Assembly: GCA_045652405.1 (NCBI GenBank) | Contig: JAZRUF010000005.1 | Coordinates: 421-64,420 of the forward strand | Reading direction: 5' to 3' | DNA from: Eubacteriales bacterium | GTDB taxonomy: Bacteria > Bacillota > Clostridia > Oscillospirales > JAAYXM01 | DNA length: 64,000 nt | Part shown: piece by piece, positions 11,460-20,982 of the stretch | Position numbering within the stretch: position 1 is the stretch's first letter | How the letters are laid out: each line of letters begins with the position of its first letter | Made by a program: the position numbers and the translations under genes | The notes under the pieces: generated by a model | Seen by the model: only the letters and a program-made list of their open reading frames with translations | Databases searched by the model: none | What the model was told of the DNA's origin: nothing

Positions 11460-12173
11460 ATGCACAGCCATATTCGCAAAAAAATTTTAAAAACGCGACC
11501 TAAAGCCCGGAGTAGGCAAAGTACCTCTCGCCCGCTTATAAAGCTTGCAATGCTTTTTATCATCATAATAATTGCTTTGCTGTACATATTCCACGCTCGC
11601 TTTAAGCCCGCAATACGCATATATGCAGAACATCAGGCCCAAAATGCAGTACACCAAATAATAAATTCACAGTTAGAAAAAGCTCTGAGCTCCGGAGGTA
11701 TATCATATCAAAGCTTTGTAAACTTAGAAAAAGACAGTAACGGTCGTATATGCGCTATAACAACTGATATGTCTGCTATGAACACATTTAAAGCACAAGT
11801 TACGGATGCCATTTTAAAAGAAAATGCAGATATGCCGCCATTTGAGTTAAAAATCCCGGCAGGTGTCCTTCTCGGAAACGAATATTTTGCCGGGCACGGC
11901 CCCAATATTCCTATAAAAATACTGCCGTTTTCCTCAATAAAAACCTCATACTCAAACTCATTTACCTCTGCGGGAATAAACCAGACCAGGCATCAAATAA
12001 TGATGAATTTCACAGCATCAGTAAATATGCTTTTTCCGGGTTTTAGCGAAAACATGACCGTCACGACGGATATATGCGTGGCAGAAACCGTAATCGTCGG
12101 TGCTACTCCTCAGTTTTTCGCCGGATTGCAGGATAGAACAACTTTTGCAGATTACAGCTCAATATCTGATTAA
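11460..12173 (+). CDS. yunB: Sporulation protein YunB
   Basis: N-terminal basic region plus TM, then IINSQLEKAL....ISYQSFVNLEKDSNGRI.AITTDM..MN.FK and C-terminal TTDICVAETVIVG, matching the YunB family. The ATG at 11460 follows a GAAGGTGG RBS. Confidence 0.7.
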   Translation: MHSHIRKKILKTRPKARSRQSTSRPLIKLAMLFIIIIIALLYIFHARFKPAIRIYAEHQAQNAVHQIINSQLEKALSSGGISYQSFVNLEKDSNGRICAITTDMSAMNTFKAQVTDAILKENADMPPFELKIPAGVLLGNEYFAGHGPNIPIKILPFSSIKTSYSNSFTSAGINQTRHQIMMNFTASVNMLFPGFSENMTVTTDICVAETVIVGATPQFFAGLQDRTTFADYSSISD

Positions 12174-12212
12174 AAAAGAGAAGATACCTTTGTTTTGTAT
12201 CTCCTCTTTTTT
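12173..12212. terminator. Bidirectional hairpin terminator between convergent yunB and the SLH-peptidase gene
   Basis: aaaaagagaagatac (12173-12187) pairs with gtatctcctcttttt (12197-12211) with one mismatch. A and T runs flank both sides. Confidence 0.7.
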
Positions 12213-12224
12213 CACTGCAGCTTA

Positions 12225-14540
12225 TTAAGACCGTTTAAATAATTCCTCAATTATTCCTGCAACTGACTCCATTGTTCCTTCAGAAAACGGATTCTTAAGT
12301 TCTGCACCTAAGGTAAGTGCTGCCAGACCGAAGCGAACATATTTTGATTCTAAAATGTTCATATACTTCTCAAATGCCAGGTCAAAATTCGTCTTTGAGA
12401 TTTCCCAAATCTGAAGCGAAACCGCACTGGAAAGAGCGTATTCTATCATATAAAACGGAACTTCATAGACATGTGTTGCGTTGCTCCAGACCAACCCCTT
12501 AAGATAAGCTTGGTGCGCGCTCGAAGAATATTTTCCAAAATACTCCTCATCTATTTTTCTGTATAGCTTATTTCGCGCTTCGGGAGACATATTGGGGTTC
12601 TTATAAACCTCTGTCTGAAATTCATCGAGCATGCAACTGTCAATTATCTGGGCAAGGAAATTATAAATCACATATTTTTCCGCATTCTTTGCATTGCCTC
12701 CAAAAAACTCATCATACCTCTTTGCAAGCAAAAGCTCCATCGCGGTTGATGCGGTTTCCGCTACATCCAGCGGGATGTTATCCGTCGGGTTCTTTCCGTA
12801 CCAACGGAAATTCTGGAACACGTGACCGAATTCATGCGAAAACGTGCTTAAACCCTCATATCCGCCCTCACCTTTTATATACATGAACGGCATTTCATAT
12901 TGGTTAAAATACACGGTAAATGCCCCGGGCGATTTATTTTCTCTGTTATCTGAATCTATCATATCGTATTTTACGATATAATCAATTGCCTGTCGCGTCT
13001 GCGGGGACAAGTCTCTCATGACTTCTTTTATTATTTCTATATAATTGGTATTGTCACCAAGAAACGACATATCCGGAAATTCATATTCATTTTCCTCAAT
13101 ATCCGGATAAATCATAGCATACTGAGCGTGGCGAATATCATTGTAGAGCGGCACTAAGTATTTTTTTACGTCATCACGAAATGCACGGATGTTATCTTCG
13201 TAATATCCATATGCCGCATCATAGTAGTTAGCGCAATTATAATATTTGGCTATTTCAGTACGCACTTTAACAAGCTTATCGAAAATACTGTTAAAGACGC
13301 TTTCTTTCTCTACGTAGTAATCAAGCCCCAACTGTCTGAGTTCAGCCTTCTCCGAATACATAGCCTGGTAAAGAGAGTATTTACTACCTTCAAATGAAAT
13401 AGACGGCGAATTATACAAATCGCTAAACTCACTTACATACTCGGTTTCTCGGTTGAACAAGTCTAAAATTTTCTGCTCCATAGGTGCTGACGGCGGGAGT
13501 AAATTTTCAAATTTAATCCCGATTTTTTCGCAGACCGCGTCTCTGTCCGGTGCGGATTTAAGGGCATTATACTGAGCGATATATATTTCCGTCAGTGCTT
13601 TTTGCGCCTGTGGGATTTTTGCATACTCAGCCTTGTACTCAGCACTTGTTACATCGCGCTTTACATTTATGCTTGCCATGGTTACAGCCGTGTTTATTCC
13701 CAACTGAAGCTTTGTAAGCTCACTGAAAATTTCTGCTTTGCGTTTTGTATCTGCACTATTGAATTCTGAAATCAGAGCATCCTTTTGTGCAATAAGGTCG
13801 GTTTTGGCAAGCGAAGGATATGAAATATCCGAAAACTTTACACCTTTGCGGTTCGGTGCAATCTCAAGTGCAGTTGACGATGCTGCCGCCATTATCTCGA
13901 AATACGCCCAATGTGATGCCTTCAGGTCAGAAAATTTCTGTTTTTCTACCTGAATTTTAACATCCATTCCCACTGCTTTATTTATCATTTTCACGGCTTC
14001 AGCGCGTGTTAGATACGAGTTTGGTCGGAAAGTGCCGTCCCCATATCCGCCGATAAACTTCTTTTCCGAAAGAGCAGCTATACTGCCCTCAGCCCAGTGT
14101 CCGCTGATATCCTTGAAAGCCTTGGTCTTTTTCCCTGCAACATTTATTTTCATTGCACGTGCAACTATGGTTGCAAACTCAGCTCGTGTAAGACCCCTGT
14201 TCGGTTTAAAAACATTTCCTGCATATCCGTTTATTATCCCGGCATCACTTAGCGTGGAAATCGCACTGTATCCCCAAAAGCTCTGCGGAACATCGGAAAA
14301 GCTTTTCCCGCTCTGCCCTTTTAATTGCAAATCAAGAACGTAGTAGAGCATCTTCGCACCCTGGGCACGTGTGAGTACACTGTCCGGGCGAACCGTTCCG
14401 TCCTCGAATCCGTTTATATATCTAAAATAATTTCTGTCACTGTCCTGCCTGAAGCCGACACCTGCCGCATTTGCGCCAAGTGACATCAGCATGGAAAGAA
14501 TCACCGCAACAGCAGTTATCCTCTTTAAATTTCCTCTCAT
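12225..14540 (-). CDS. Secreted SLH-domain-anchored M3B (PepF-like) oligoendopeptidase
   Basis: Signal peptide (ITAVAVILSMLMSLGANA). Three to four SLH repeats follow (F.DV....W....I......GII.GY..G.F.PN..LTRAE). The C-terminal catalytic region carries HEFGH (12822-12836) and a downstream DVAETAST glutamate ligand, as in the M3B PepF family. A GGAG RBS precedes the ATG. Confidence 0.75.
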   Translation of the reverse strand: MRGNLKRITAVAVILSMLMSLGANAAGVGFRQDSDRNYFRYINGFEDGTVRPDSVLTRAQGAKMLYYVLDLQLKGQSGKSFSDVPQSFWGYSAISTLSDAGIINGYAGNVFKPNRGLTRAEFATIVARAMKINVAGKKTKAFKDISGHWAEGSIAALSEKKFIGGYGDGTFRPNSYLTRAEAVKMINKAVGMDVKIQVEKQKFSDLKASHWAYFEIMAAASSTALEIAPNRKGVKFSDISYPSLAKTDLIAQKDALISEFNSADTKRKAEIFSELTKLQLGINTAVTMASINVKRDVTSAEYKAEYAKIPQAQKALTEIYIAQYNALKSAPDRDAVCEKIGIKFENLLPPSAPMEQKILDLFNRETEYVSEFSDLYNSPSISFEGSKYSLYQAMYSEKAELRQLGLDYYVEKESVFNSIFDKLVKVRTEIAKYYNCANYYDAAYGYYEDNIRAFRDDVKKYLVPLYNDIRHAQYAMIYPDIEENEYEFPDMSFLGDNTNYIEIIKEVMRDLSPQTRQAIDYIVKYDMIDSDNRENKSPGAFTVYFNQYEMPFMYIKGEGGYEGLSTFSHEFGHVFQNFRWYGKNPTDNIPLDVAETASTAMELLLAKRYDEFFGGNAKNAEKYVIYNFLAQIIDSCMLDEFQTEVYKNPNMSPEARNKLYRKIDEEYFGKYSSSAHQAYLKGLVWSNATHVYEVPFYMIEYALSSAVSLQIWEISKTNFDLAFEKYMNILESKYVRFGLAALTLGAELKNPFSEGTMESVAGIIEELFKRS

Positions 14541-14559
14541 TTTCCACTCCTTATGGCTA

Positions 14560-15807
14560 TTACTTTCTAATATTTTTTCTATTCATCTTTTTTACATCTA
14601 CCGGCAAAAGCGGATTAGTTTGTGATGCATATGCATACGTTTCAGTTGCCATTTCCTTTTTACGCAAGCGGTTCTCACTTGCCTCTTTAATTATTGCATA
14701 TATAACCGCGAAGAGCGGCACTCCGATTATCATGCCTACAAATCCCATAAGTCCGCCAAACACAGTCACCGCAAAGATTACCCAAAACGCAGAGAGACCT
14801 GTTGATTCGCCGAGTATTTTCGGTCCGATGATATTACCGTCTATCTGCTGGAGTACGATTATAAATATTGTAAACCACAGTGACTTTACAGGGTCAACAA
14901 ACAGCAGAAGGAAGATTGACGGTATTGCACCGATAAACGGTCCGAAATATGGGATAACATTTGTCACACATACGAGCACGCTTATAAGAAGTGCAAATGG
15001 CATGTTGAGTATTGTCATTCCAATATAGCATATAACGCCTATGATGAGCGAGTCGATTATCTTTCCGATTATAAATCCGCTGAACACAAAATTTGCAGTA
15101 TTTGCAAGTCCCAGCATACGTTCAACCGCGCTGTTGGGCAAAAACGCATACAACAGCTTTTTAAGCTGGGCGAAAAATGTTTCCTTTGATATCCAAACAT
15201 ATACCGCAATAACAAAGCCTATAAAGACATTGACTATTGTAGAGGTTATTGAAATTGTTGTACTTATGGTCGTATTTATAATTCCGCTGAACGAATCGGA
15301 AAGCATCCCCATAAATCCACGAATGAGGTCTTCAATATAGCTCATCATATTTTCAATTATTGGAAGGAATGTGTCACTGTTTTTAAAGTTTGAAATAAAG
15401 CTTACTATTATATCACGAACATTCGCAGCATACACGGTTATCTGAGATATGATATTGGCAACGCTTAGAGCAAGCTGAGGAATAATAAGGCCGATTAAAA
15501 AGCCGATTAAAAGTAAGCTCACAATCAATGTGCAGCACACACCCGCATATCTGCAAGCCTTACGTGACATTCGTTTACGGCTTATCCACGGAAAAAATTT
15601 TTTCTCAAACCAATTTAGGATAGGATTGAATATATACGCAAAGGAAAAGCCGTAAACAAACGGTACAAGCAGATTAAAAACAACCTGCAGTATATCCCTG
15701 AAATATGAAAAATTATTAAGCACCTGATACAGTAATACGCCTATCACCAAAACAATGAGAGTATATGCAGCTATAGTTGTATACTTTTTATTCCATTCTA
15801 TTTTCAT
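14560..15807 (-). CDS. AI-2E family transporter (PerM/YhhT-like permease)
   Basis: 415-aa polytopic protein with the C-terminal motif NVIPYFGPFIGAIP....L and QQ.DGN.I.PKILG, typical of the AI-2E family. Confidence 0.8.
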   Translation of the reverse strand: MKIEWNKKYTTIAAYTLIVLVIGVLLYQVLNNFSYFRDILQVVFNLLVPFVYGFSFAYIFNPILNWFEKKFFPWISRKRMSRKACRYAGVCCTLIVSLLLIGFLIGLIIPQLALSVANIISQITVYAANVRDIIVSFISNFKNSDTFLPIIENMMSYIEDLIRGFMGMLSDSFSGIINTTISTTISITSTIVNVFIGFVIAVYVWISKETFFAQLKKLLYAFLPNSAVERMLGLANTANFVFSGFIIGKIIDSLIIGVICYIGMTILNMPFALLISVLVCVTNVIPYFGPFIGAIPSIFLLLFVDPVKSLWFTIFIIVLQQIDGNIIGPKILGESTGLSAFWVIFAVTVFGGLMGFVGMIIGVPLFAVIYAIIKEASENRLRKKEMATETYAYASQTNPLLPVDVKKMNRKNIRK

Positions 15808-15992
15808 TATCTATGTCCTTTCTCAAGCCGTGGTTTAAGCAAATGTCGTTATTATCTATAATACATCAATTTCACTTTGATTTCAATAAAATCATGAAAT
15901 TAGTTATTTTAATGAAAAAATTTACAGCAGAAGATTTCTTTATGTAATGCTCGACAAAATTTGACTTGCCCCCTTTTTTTATTTTTTATTTG

Positions 15993-16001
15993 TGATATAA
16001 T
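15993..16001 (+). promoter_or_regulatory. Extended -10 element (TGaTATAAT) upstream of the EIIC_2-family gene
   Basis: TG at 15993-15994 and TATAAT at 15996-16001, 34 nt upstream of the TTG start. The -35 is poor. Confidence 0.35.
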
Positions 16002-16034
16002 TATGTGCAATAACAATGGTTTGGAGGTATTATT

Positions 16035-17075
16035 TTGAAAAAGGTAAAAGGATTTTTAGCTCGTAAAAACATTGTATTCTCTGTTAAGCGTTATTTTATT
16101 GATGCGCTAAGTTCAATGGCAATTGGTCTGTTTTCCACTTTGATTATTGGTCTTATAATCCAGACACTAGGCGACCAGATTGCAAAATTTGCAGGTGATA
16201 ATATAGTTTCTGCGATGCTCGTAGAACTCGGCAACACTGCAAAAGGTCTTATGGGTGCAGGAATAGGTGTAGCCGTTTCTTACAGTTTGGGTGCACCTCC
16301 GCTTGTAATGTTCTCCGGGGCAATAACAGGTATGCTCGGTGCGCAGTTCGGCGGCCCGGCAGGCGCGTTTGTTGCAGCAGCTATCGGATGTGAGTTTGGT
16401 AAAGCTGTATCAAAAGAAACCAAGGTTGACATCATCGTAACTCCCGCAGTTGTTTTGATAGTTGGTATGCTTGTTTCAAAAACACTTGGACCGTGTGTGG
16501 ATTGGCTCATGAAGGGTCTTGGTCAAATCATCATGCAGGCAACCGAGCTTCAGCCTTTCTTTATGGGTATCATCGTGTCTGTTATTATGGGTGTGGTTCT
16601 CACCGCTCCTATCTCCAGCGCAGCACTTGCAATAATGCTCAATTTAAGCGGTCTGGCAGCAGGTGCAGCAACCGTCGGTTGCTCGGCTCAGATGATAGGT
16701 TTTGCAGTAATAAGCTGGCGTGAGAACAAGCTCGGCGGTTTTATCGCTCAAGGTATCGGAACTTCTATGCTTCAGGTTCCCAACATTGTAAAAAACTTCT
16801 GGATTCTACTGCCGCCTACGTTGGCATCCGCAGTTTTGGGTCCTGTCTCCACACTGGTGTTTAAAATGACGAACAACCCGGCGGGCGCAGGCATGGGCAC
16901 AAGCGGTCTTGTAGGCCAGATAAATACATTTGTAGACATGGGCTTTAACGTACCGACTCTCCTCACAGTTCTTCTCCTGCATTTTATTTTACCCGCTATT
17001 CTCTCATACCTCTTCTATTTGCCACTTAAGAAAATTGGCAAGATAAAAGATGGTGACATGAAGTTAGATTTGTAA
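16035..17075 (+). CDS. PTS_EIIC_2 / PfoR-like (COG3641-type) membrane protein
   Basis: TTG start 7 nt after GGAGG. The N-terminus ....FLARKNIVFSVKRYFIDALSSMAIGLFSTLIIGLIIQTLG and a Gly/Ala-rich polytopic body resemble the PfoR/EIIC_2 family. No EIIA, EIIB or HPr gene is adjacent. Confidence 0.6.
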   Translation: MKKVKGFLARKNIVFSVKRYFIDALSSMAIGLFSTLIIGLIIQTLGDQIAKFAGDNIVSAMLVELGNTAKGLMGAGIGVAVSYSLGAPPLVMFSGAITGMLGAQFGGPAGAFVAAAIGCEFGKAVSKETKVDIIVTPAVVLIVGMLVSKTLGPCVDWLMKGLGQIIMQATELQPFFMGIIVSVIMGVVLTAPISSAALAIMLNLSGLAAGAATVGCSAQMIGFAVISWRENKLGGFIAQGIGTSMLQVPNIVKNFWILLPPTLASAVLGPVSTLVFKMTNNPAGAGMGTSGLVGQINTFVDMGFNVPTLLTVLLLHFILPAILSYLFYLPLKKIGKIKDGDMKLDL

Positions 17076-17085
17076 TTATTGTTTT

Positions 17086-17130
17086 ATGCCACTCAGTCAA
17101 ACTTTTAGACTGGGCGGCATTTTTGTTGTT
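17086..17130 (+). terminator. Rho-independent terminator after the EIIC_2-family gene
   Basis: 13-bp stem, 17086-17098 pairing with 17108-17120 (one mismatch, one G-U), followed by TTTTGTTGTT. Confidence 0.7.
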
Positions 17131-17195
17131 GGTAGACTATATATTTCATATTAAGTAAAAATTCATTTCGAATTCAAAAAATATTCACATAAATC

Positions 17196-17204
17196 TGCTA
17201 TAAT
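17196..17204 (+). promoter_or_regulatory. Extended -10 element (TGcTATAAT) upstream of the efflux operon
   Basis: TG at 17196-17197 and TATAAT at 17199-17204, 32 nt upstream of the adaptor ATG. There is no good -35. Confidence 0.35.
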
Positions 17205-17235
17205 ATGATAGAAAAATCAAACTGGAGGTTGTTAT

Positions 17236-19071
17236 ATGGAAAATGTACCTGTTGCAGCATTAAAAAGAAAGAAAAAGAAGATTAAATTGATTGTTTTTAT
17301 TCTCCTTGTTTTAGCGGCAATAATTGCGTCAGTATTATTTATGAAAAGGATATTTTCAAGCGAAGATACGAAGCTTATTATCACCCCCTACTCAGTAGAG
17401 CGTGGGGATATAACCACTGTCATAAGCAGCACCGGCACAATAGAGCCTATTGAGCAGTATGATATATCCTCAATTGCACGTGGCGACGTAGTCGCAGATT
17501 ACATAACCGTTGGTCAGCAGGTCAACGAAGGAGACCTGTTATATGAGGTAGACTCTACTGAGGCTCAAAATGATATTGAGAAAGCACGAATTTCTCTTCA
17601 GAAGCAGCAACTTTCATACCAGCAAACGGTTGAGAGTATCGAAAATTTAACTGTTACCGCGCCGATAAACGGTACCATAACAAATATGTACGTATCTAAC
17701 GGTGACAATGTTCAGACAAACGGTAAAATCTGCGACATTGTAAATTCAGTTACAATGTCTATAACACTCCCTTTCCTCATCGAGGATGCGCAAAGCCTAT
17801 ATTCCGGCCAGACGGCTTACATAACTTTGGATACAACTGACGAAACAATTGAGGGCTCTGTAAAGCGAATCGCTACCGGCTCATATTCCACATCTACCGG
17901 CGCTATCGTAGCGGATGTGGAAATCATCTTCCACAACCCGGGCGCGGTTAAAGACGGCGATGTGGCAACAGTCGTTGCCGGCGGCTTTGCTTGTAACCAA
18001 GCCGGAACAATAAAATACGGTGACCAAATAACTGTCGTCGCAAAAACCTCCGGTGAGGTCAGCAACCTGACATTAGGCGCAGGTGACGCGGTGGACGCAA
18101 ATGAGGTTATTTTAAAGCTAATAAATACCTCATCAAACACAAATGCACGTTCAAGCGAGCTTTCCATACGCGATGCGGAATTGGCACTTGATAACAAAAT
18201 AGAAGCTCTTGATGAATATATGATAACCTCTCCCATCACCGGAACTGTCATAGACAAAACCGCAAAACTCGGAGATGCCCTTGACGGAAACAAGAGCGCA
18301 ATGGCTATCGTCGCTGATATGTCAAAGGTAACTTTTACAATGAGCATTGATGAGCTTGATATCAAAAATATATCCGTAGGTCAGGAAGTAATTGTAACCG
18401 CAGATGCACTTCCCGACCAAAGTTTCACCGGTTATGTTAGCAATGTTAGCATTATCGGAACGACCGGCAGCGGTGTTACAACTTATCCGGTAGATGTAAT
18501 CATTGAGGAATATGAAGGGCTTCTCCCCGGCATGAATGTAAATGCGGATATTATTTCCGAACAGGCAACCGACGTATTAAAAATCCCGGTCAATGCAGTT
18601 TCGCGCGGTAATTTGGTACTGGTTACCGAAGAGTATGCAAAAAACATTGGCGCAGTGAAGATGGAAATACCAAGGCGCGACAACAAAAAGTCCGATAAAG
18701 ATAAATCAAGCGACACGCCTGAGCGTCCGTCAGATGATATACCTGAGTCCCCGAACGCACATAATACAGACACTGTTCAAATTATAGAAATGCCGAACAC
18801 TCCGGATGGACACGTATGGATTCGCGTAAGTATAGGAAAATCCAATGAGGATTACGTGGAGGTAACCTCTGGACTCACTGAGGATGCCGAGGTATTCGTA
18901 ATCTCCACCAAGCAGGCAAAAGAAGCTTCCTCAAATACTGGAGGCGGTATGGCTGCAATCGCGAATGCTCACTCCTCCGGCATGGGCAACATGCGTCCCG
19001 GTGGTATGGGAGGCATAGGCGGTATGCCTTCAGGAGGCATGGGCGGTATATCCGGAGGCGGTATGAGATGA
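17236..19071 (+). CDS. HlyD/MacA/YknX-type membrane fusion (periplasmic adaptor) protein with Gly/Met-rich C-terminal tail
   Basis: GGAGG RBS. N-terminal TM, biotinyl-lipoyl-like hairpin flanks (PIEQYDISS.ARGDV......GQ.V..GDLL and VTAPINGTIT......GD.V) and a coiled-coil segment. The C-terminal beta-barrel region is followed by a charged linker and a GGM-rich tail. Confidence 0.8.
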   Translation: MENVPVAALKRKKKKIKLIVFILLVLAAIIASVLFMKRIFSSEDTKLIITPYSVERGDITTVISSTGTIEPIEQYDISSIARGDVVADYITVGQQVNEGDLLYEVDSTEAQNDIEKARISLQKQQLSYQQTVESIENLTVTAPINGTITNMYVSNGDNVQTNGKICDIVNSVTMSITLPFLIEDAQSLYSGQTAYITLDTTDETIEGSVKRIATGSYSTSTGAIVADVEIIFHNPGAVKDGDVATVVAGGFACNQAGTIKYGDQITVVAKTSGEVSNLTLGAGDAVDANEVILKLINTSSNTNARSSELSIRDAELALDNKIEALDEYMITSPITGTVIDKTAKLGDALDGNKSAMAIVADMSKVTFTMSIDELDIKNISVGQEVIVTADALPDQSFTGYVSNVSIIGTTGSGVTTYPVDVIIEEYEGLLPGMNVNADIISEQATDVLKIPVNAVSRGNLVLVTEEYAKNIGAVKMEIPRRDNKKSDKDKSSDTPERPSDDIPESPNAHNTDTVQIIEMPNTPDGHVWIRVSIGKSNEDYVEVTSGLTEDAEVFVISTKQAKEASSNTGGGMAAIANAHSSGMGNMRPGGMGGIGGMPSGGMGGISGGGMR

Positions 19072-19769
19072 TAGAATTCCGAGACATATATAAAATTTAC
19101 AACGAAGGCGAAGGCGAAAATGAAGTCCGTGCGGTAGACGGCGTATCGTTTACCATAGAAAAGGGCGAATTTGTCGCAATAGTCGGAAAGTCCGGCTCGG
19201 GAAAGTCCACATGCATGAATATAATAGGTGCGCTTGACGTGCCTACCTACGGTACATATCTTTTAAACGGCGAAAACGTTGGCGAGCTTTCAGACAACCA
19301 GCTTGCGGAAATTCGCAACAAAATGCTCGGCTTTATTTTCCAGCAATACAACCTTATTCCCAAATTAAACGTATTGGAAAATGTGGAGCTTCCGCTGATA
19401 TATTCAGGTCTCGCCGCAGACGAGAGAATAAAGCGCGCGTTGGAGTCCCTTGAACGCGTTGGACTTAAAGACCGTGCACATCACATGCCGAGCCAGCTTT
19501 CAGGCGGTCAGCAGCAGCGCGTTTCAATCGCGCGTGCACTTGCGGGCAATCCGTCCGTAATCCTTGCAGACGAGCCTACCGGCGCTTTAGATTCCAAGAC
19601 CGGGCGCGATGTACTCAACTTCTTAAAAGAACTGAATAACCAAGGCAACACAATTGTTCTTATAACGCACGATAACGGCATCGCATCGGAAGCCAAACGC
19701 ATTATTCGCATTCAGGACGGAAAGGTCGTCTATGACGGGCCTGCTGAGCAGGCGGGGTTACACATATGA
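19068..19769 (+). CDS. MacB/YknY-type ABC transporter ATP-binding protein
   Basis: Walker A GKSGSGKST, signature LSGGQQQRVSIARAL, Walker B ILADEPT. Its ATG overlaps the adaptor stop (ATGA). Confidence 0.9.
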   Translation: MIEFRDIYKIYNEGEGENEVRAVDGVSFTIEKGEFVAIVGKSGSGKSTCMNIIGALDVPTYGTYLLNGENVGELSDNQLAEIRNKMLGFIFQQYNLIPKLNVLENVELPLIYSGLAADERIKRALESLERVGLKDRAHHMPSQLSGGQQQRVSIARALAGNPSVILADEPTGALDSKTGRDVLNFLKELNNQGNTIVLITHDNGIASEAKRIIRIQDGKVVYDGPAEQAGLHI

Positions 19770-20941
19770 AATTCACTCAAGCATTCCGCCTTGCTTTAAA
19801 GAGCATGTCTGCAAGCAAAATGAGAGCCTTTCTTACGATGCTTGGCATAATAATAGGTGTTGCCGCGGTAATTATGCTTACAAGCATAGTGGGCGGTTTC
19901 TCAAACACTATGACTGATTCATTCGAGTCACTTGGAACAAATCTTATAACTGTTACCCTCAGAGGACGCGCAGGTAATATTCCGATAGACCCTGACGATG
20001 TATTTGATTTCTGCTCCGAAAACAGAGACCTTATAAGCTATGTTTCACCGTCGGTAACCTCAAGTGTTCTTGCCAAATACGGCTCAACGAATCTTACCAC
20101 GACCGCATACGGCGTAAGCGAAGATTACCAGCAAATAAAAAGCTATGAGCTTTCAAGTGGCAGATTTATAAGCTATATGGACACGGTTTCCAGGAGCAAG
20201 GTGTGTGTTATCGGCTCATATATTGCAAATGAATTATTTGCGGGAGCATCACCCATAGGAAAGGACATAAAAGTAAACGGCGAGGGGCATACAATTGTCG
20301 GCGTGCTTTCTGAAAAGCAAGGCAGTTCCGAGGGCTCAGGGGATGACATGATAATAATTCCCTACACTTCTGCCACGCGCCTTACGCGCAACGGAATAAT
20401 TACAAGCTACTCAATAAACGCGCGTGATAAAAGTAACGTCGCAGCTACGCTCGCCGCTATAGAAGATTATCTGTTTTCTGTATTTGAGGACGAGGATGTA
20501 TATTCGGTGTTCAGCATGGATGAAGCACTTGATAAAATAAATGAGCTGACCGGCATGCTCACTATGGTGCTCGTAGGTATTGCCGCCATTTCCCTGCTCG
20601 TCGGCGGTATCGGCATTATGAACATCATGCTCGTTTCAGTAACCGAGCGCACACGTGAAATCGGTATACGCAAGGCACTTGGTGGCAAGCGCCGCGATAT
20701 TCTACTGCAGTTTATAATCGAAGCCGCCACTACAAGCGGTCTCGGTGGTGTTATGGGGATAATCTTTGGCTGTGTATGCGCTTTCTTTTTAGCAAAGTTA
20801 ATAGGCATAAGTGCGGCTTTCTCTCCCGGTTCAATCGGGGTTGCATTTTCAGTATCCGTAATTATAGGAATAACGTTCGGCTACTTCCCCGCAGCTAAAG
20901 CAGCAAAACTAAATCCAATCGAAGCCCTGCGCTACGACTAA
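19766..20941 (+). CDS. MacB/YknZ-type ABC transporter permease (MacB_PCD plus FtsX domain)
   Basis: TM1, then a large extracytoplasmic domain, then three C-terminal TM helices with ..ERTREIGIRKALG and a terminal AKLNPIEALRYD. It overlaps the ATPase stop by 4 nt. Confidence 0.85.
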   Translation: MKFTQAFRLALKSMSASKMRAFLTMLGIIIGVAAVIMLTSIVGGFSNTMTDSFESLGTNLITVTLRGRAGNIPIDPDDVFDFCSENRDLISYVSPSVTSSVLAKYGSTNLTTTAYGVSEDYQQIKSYELSSGRFISYMDTVSRSKVCVIGSYIANELFAGASPIGKDIKVNGEGHTIVGVLSEKQGSSEGSGDDMIIIPYTSATRLTRNGIITSYSINARDKSNVAATLAAIEDYLFSVFEDEDVYSVFSMDEALDKINELTGMLTMVLVGIAAISLLVGGIGIMNIMLVSVTERTREIGIRKALGGKRRDILLQFIIEAATTSGLGGVMGIIFGCVCAFFLAKLIGISAAFSPGSIGVAFSVSVIIGITFGYFPAAKAAKLNPIEALRYD

Positions 20942-20982
20942 TTAAATTTGCACCGGTAATATAACAGAAAGGGTTGATTAAA

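Noticed and set aside
15808-16034. 17-codon ORF (MKLVILMKKFTAEDFFM) and AT-rich spacer upstream of the EIIC_2 gene
   Set aside because: It has no RBS and no conservation evidence. The region is better explained as divergent promoter DNA.
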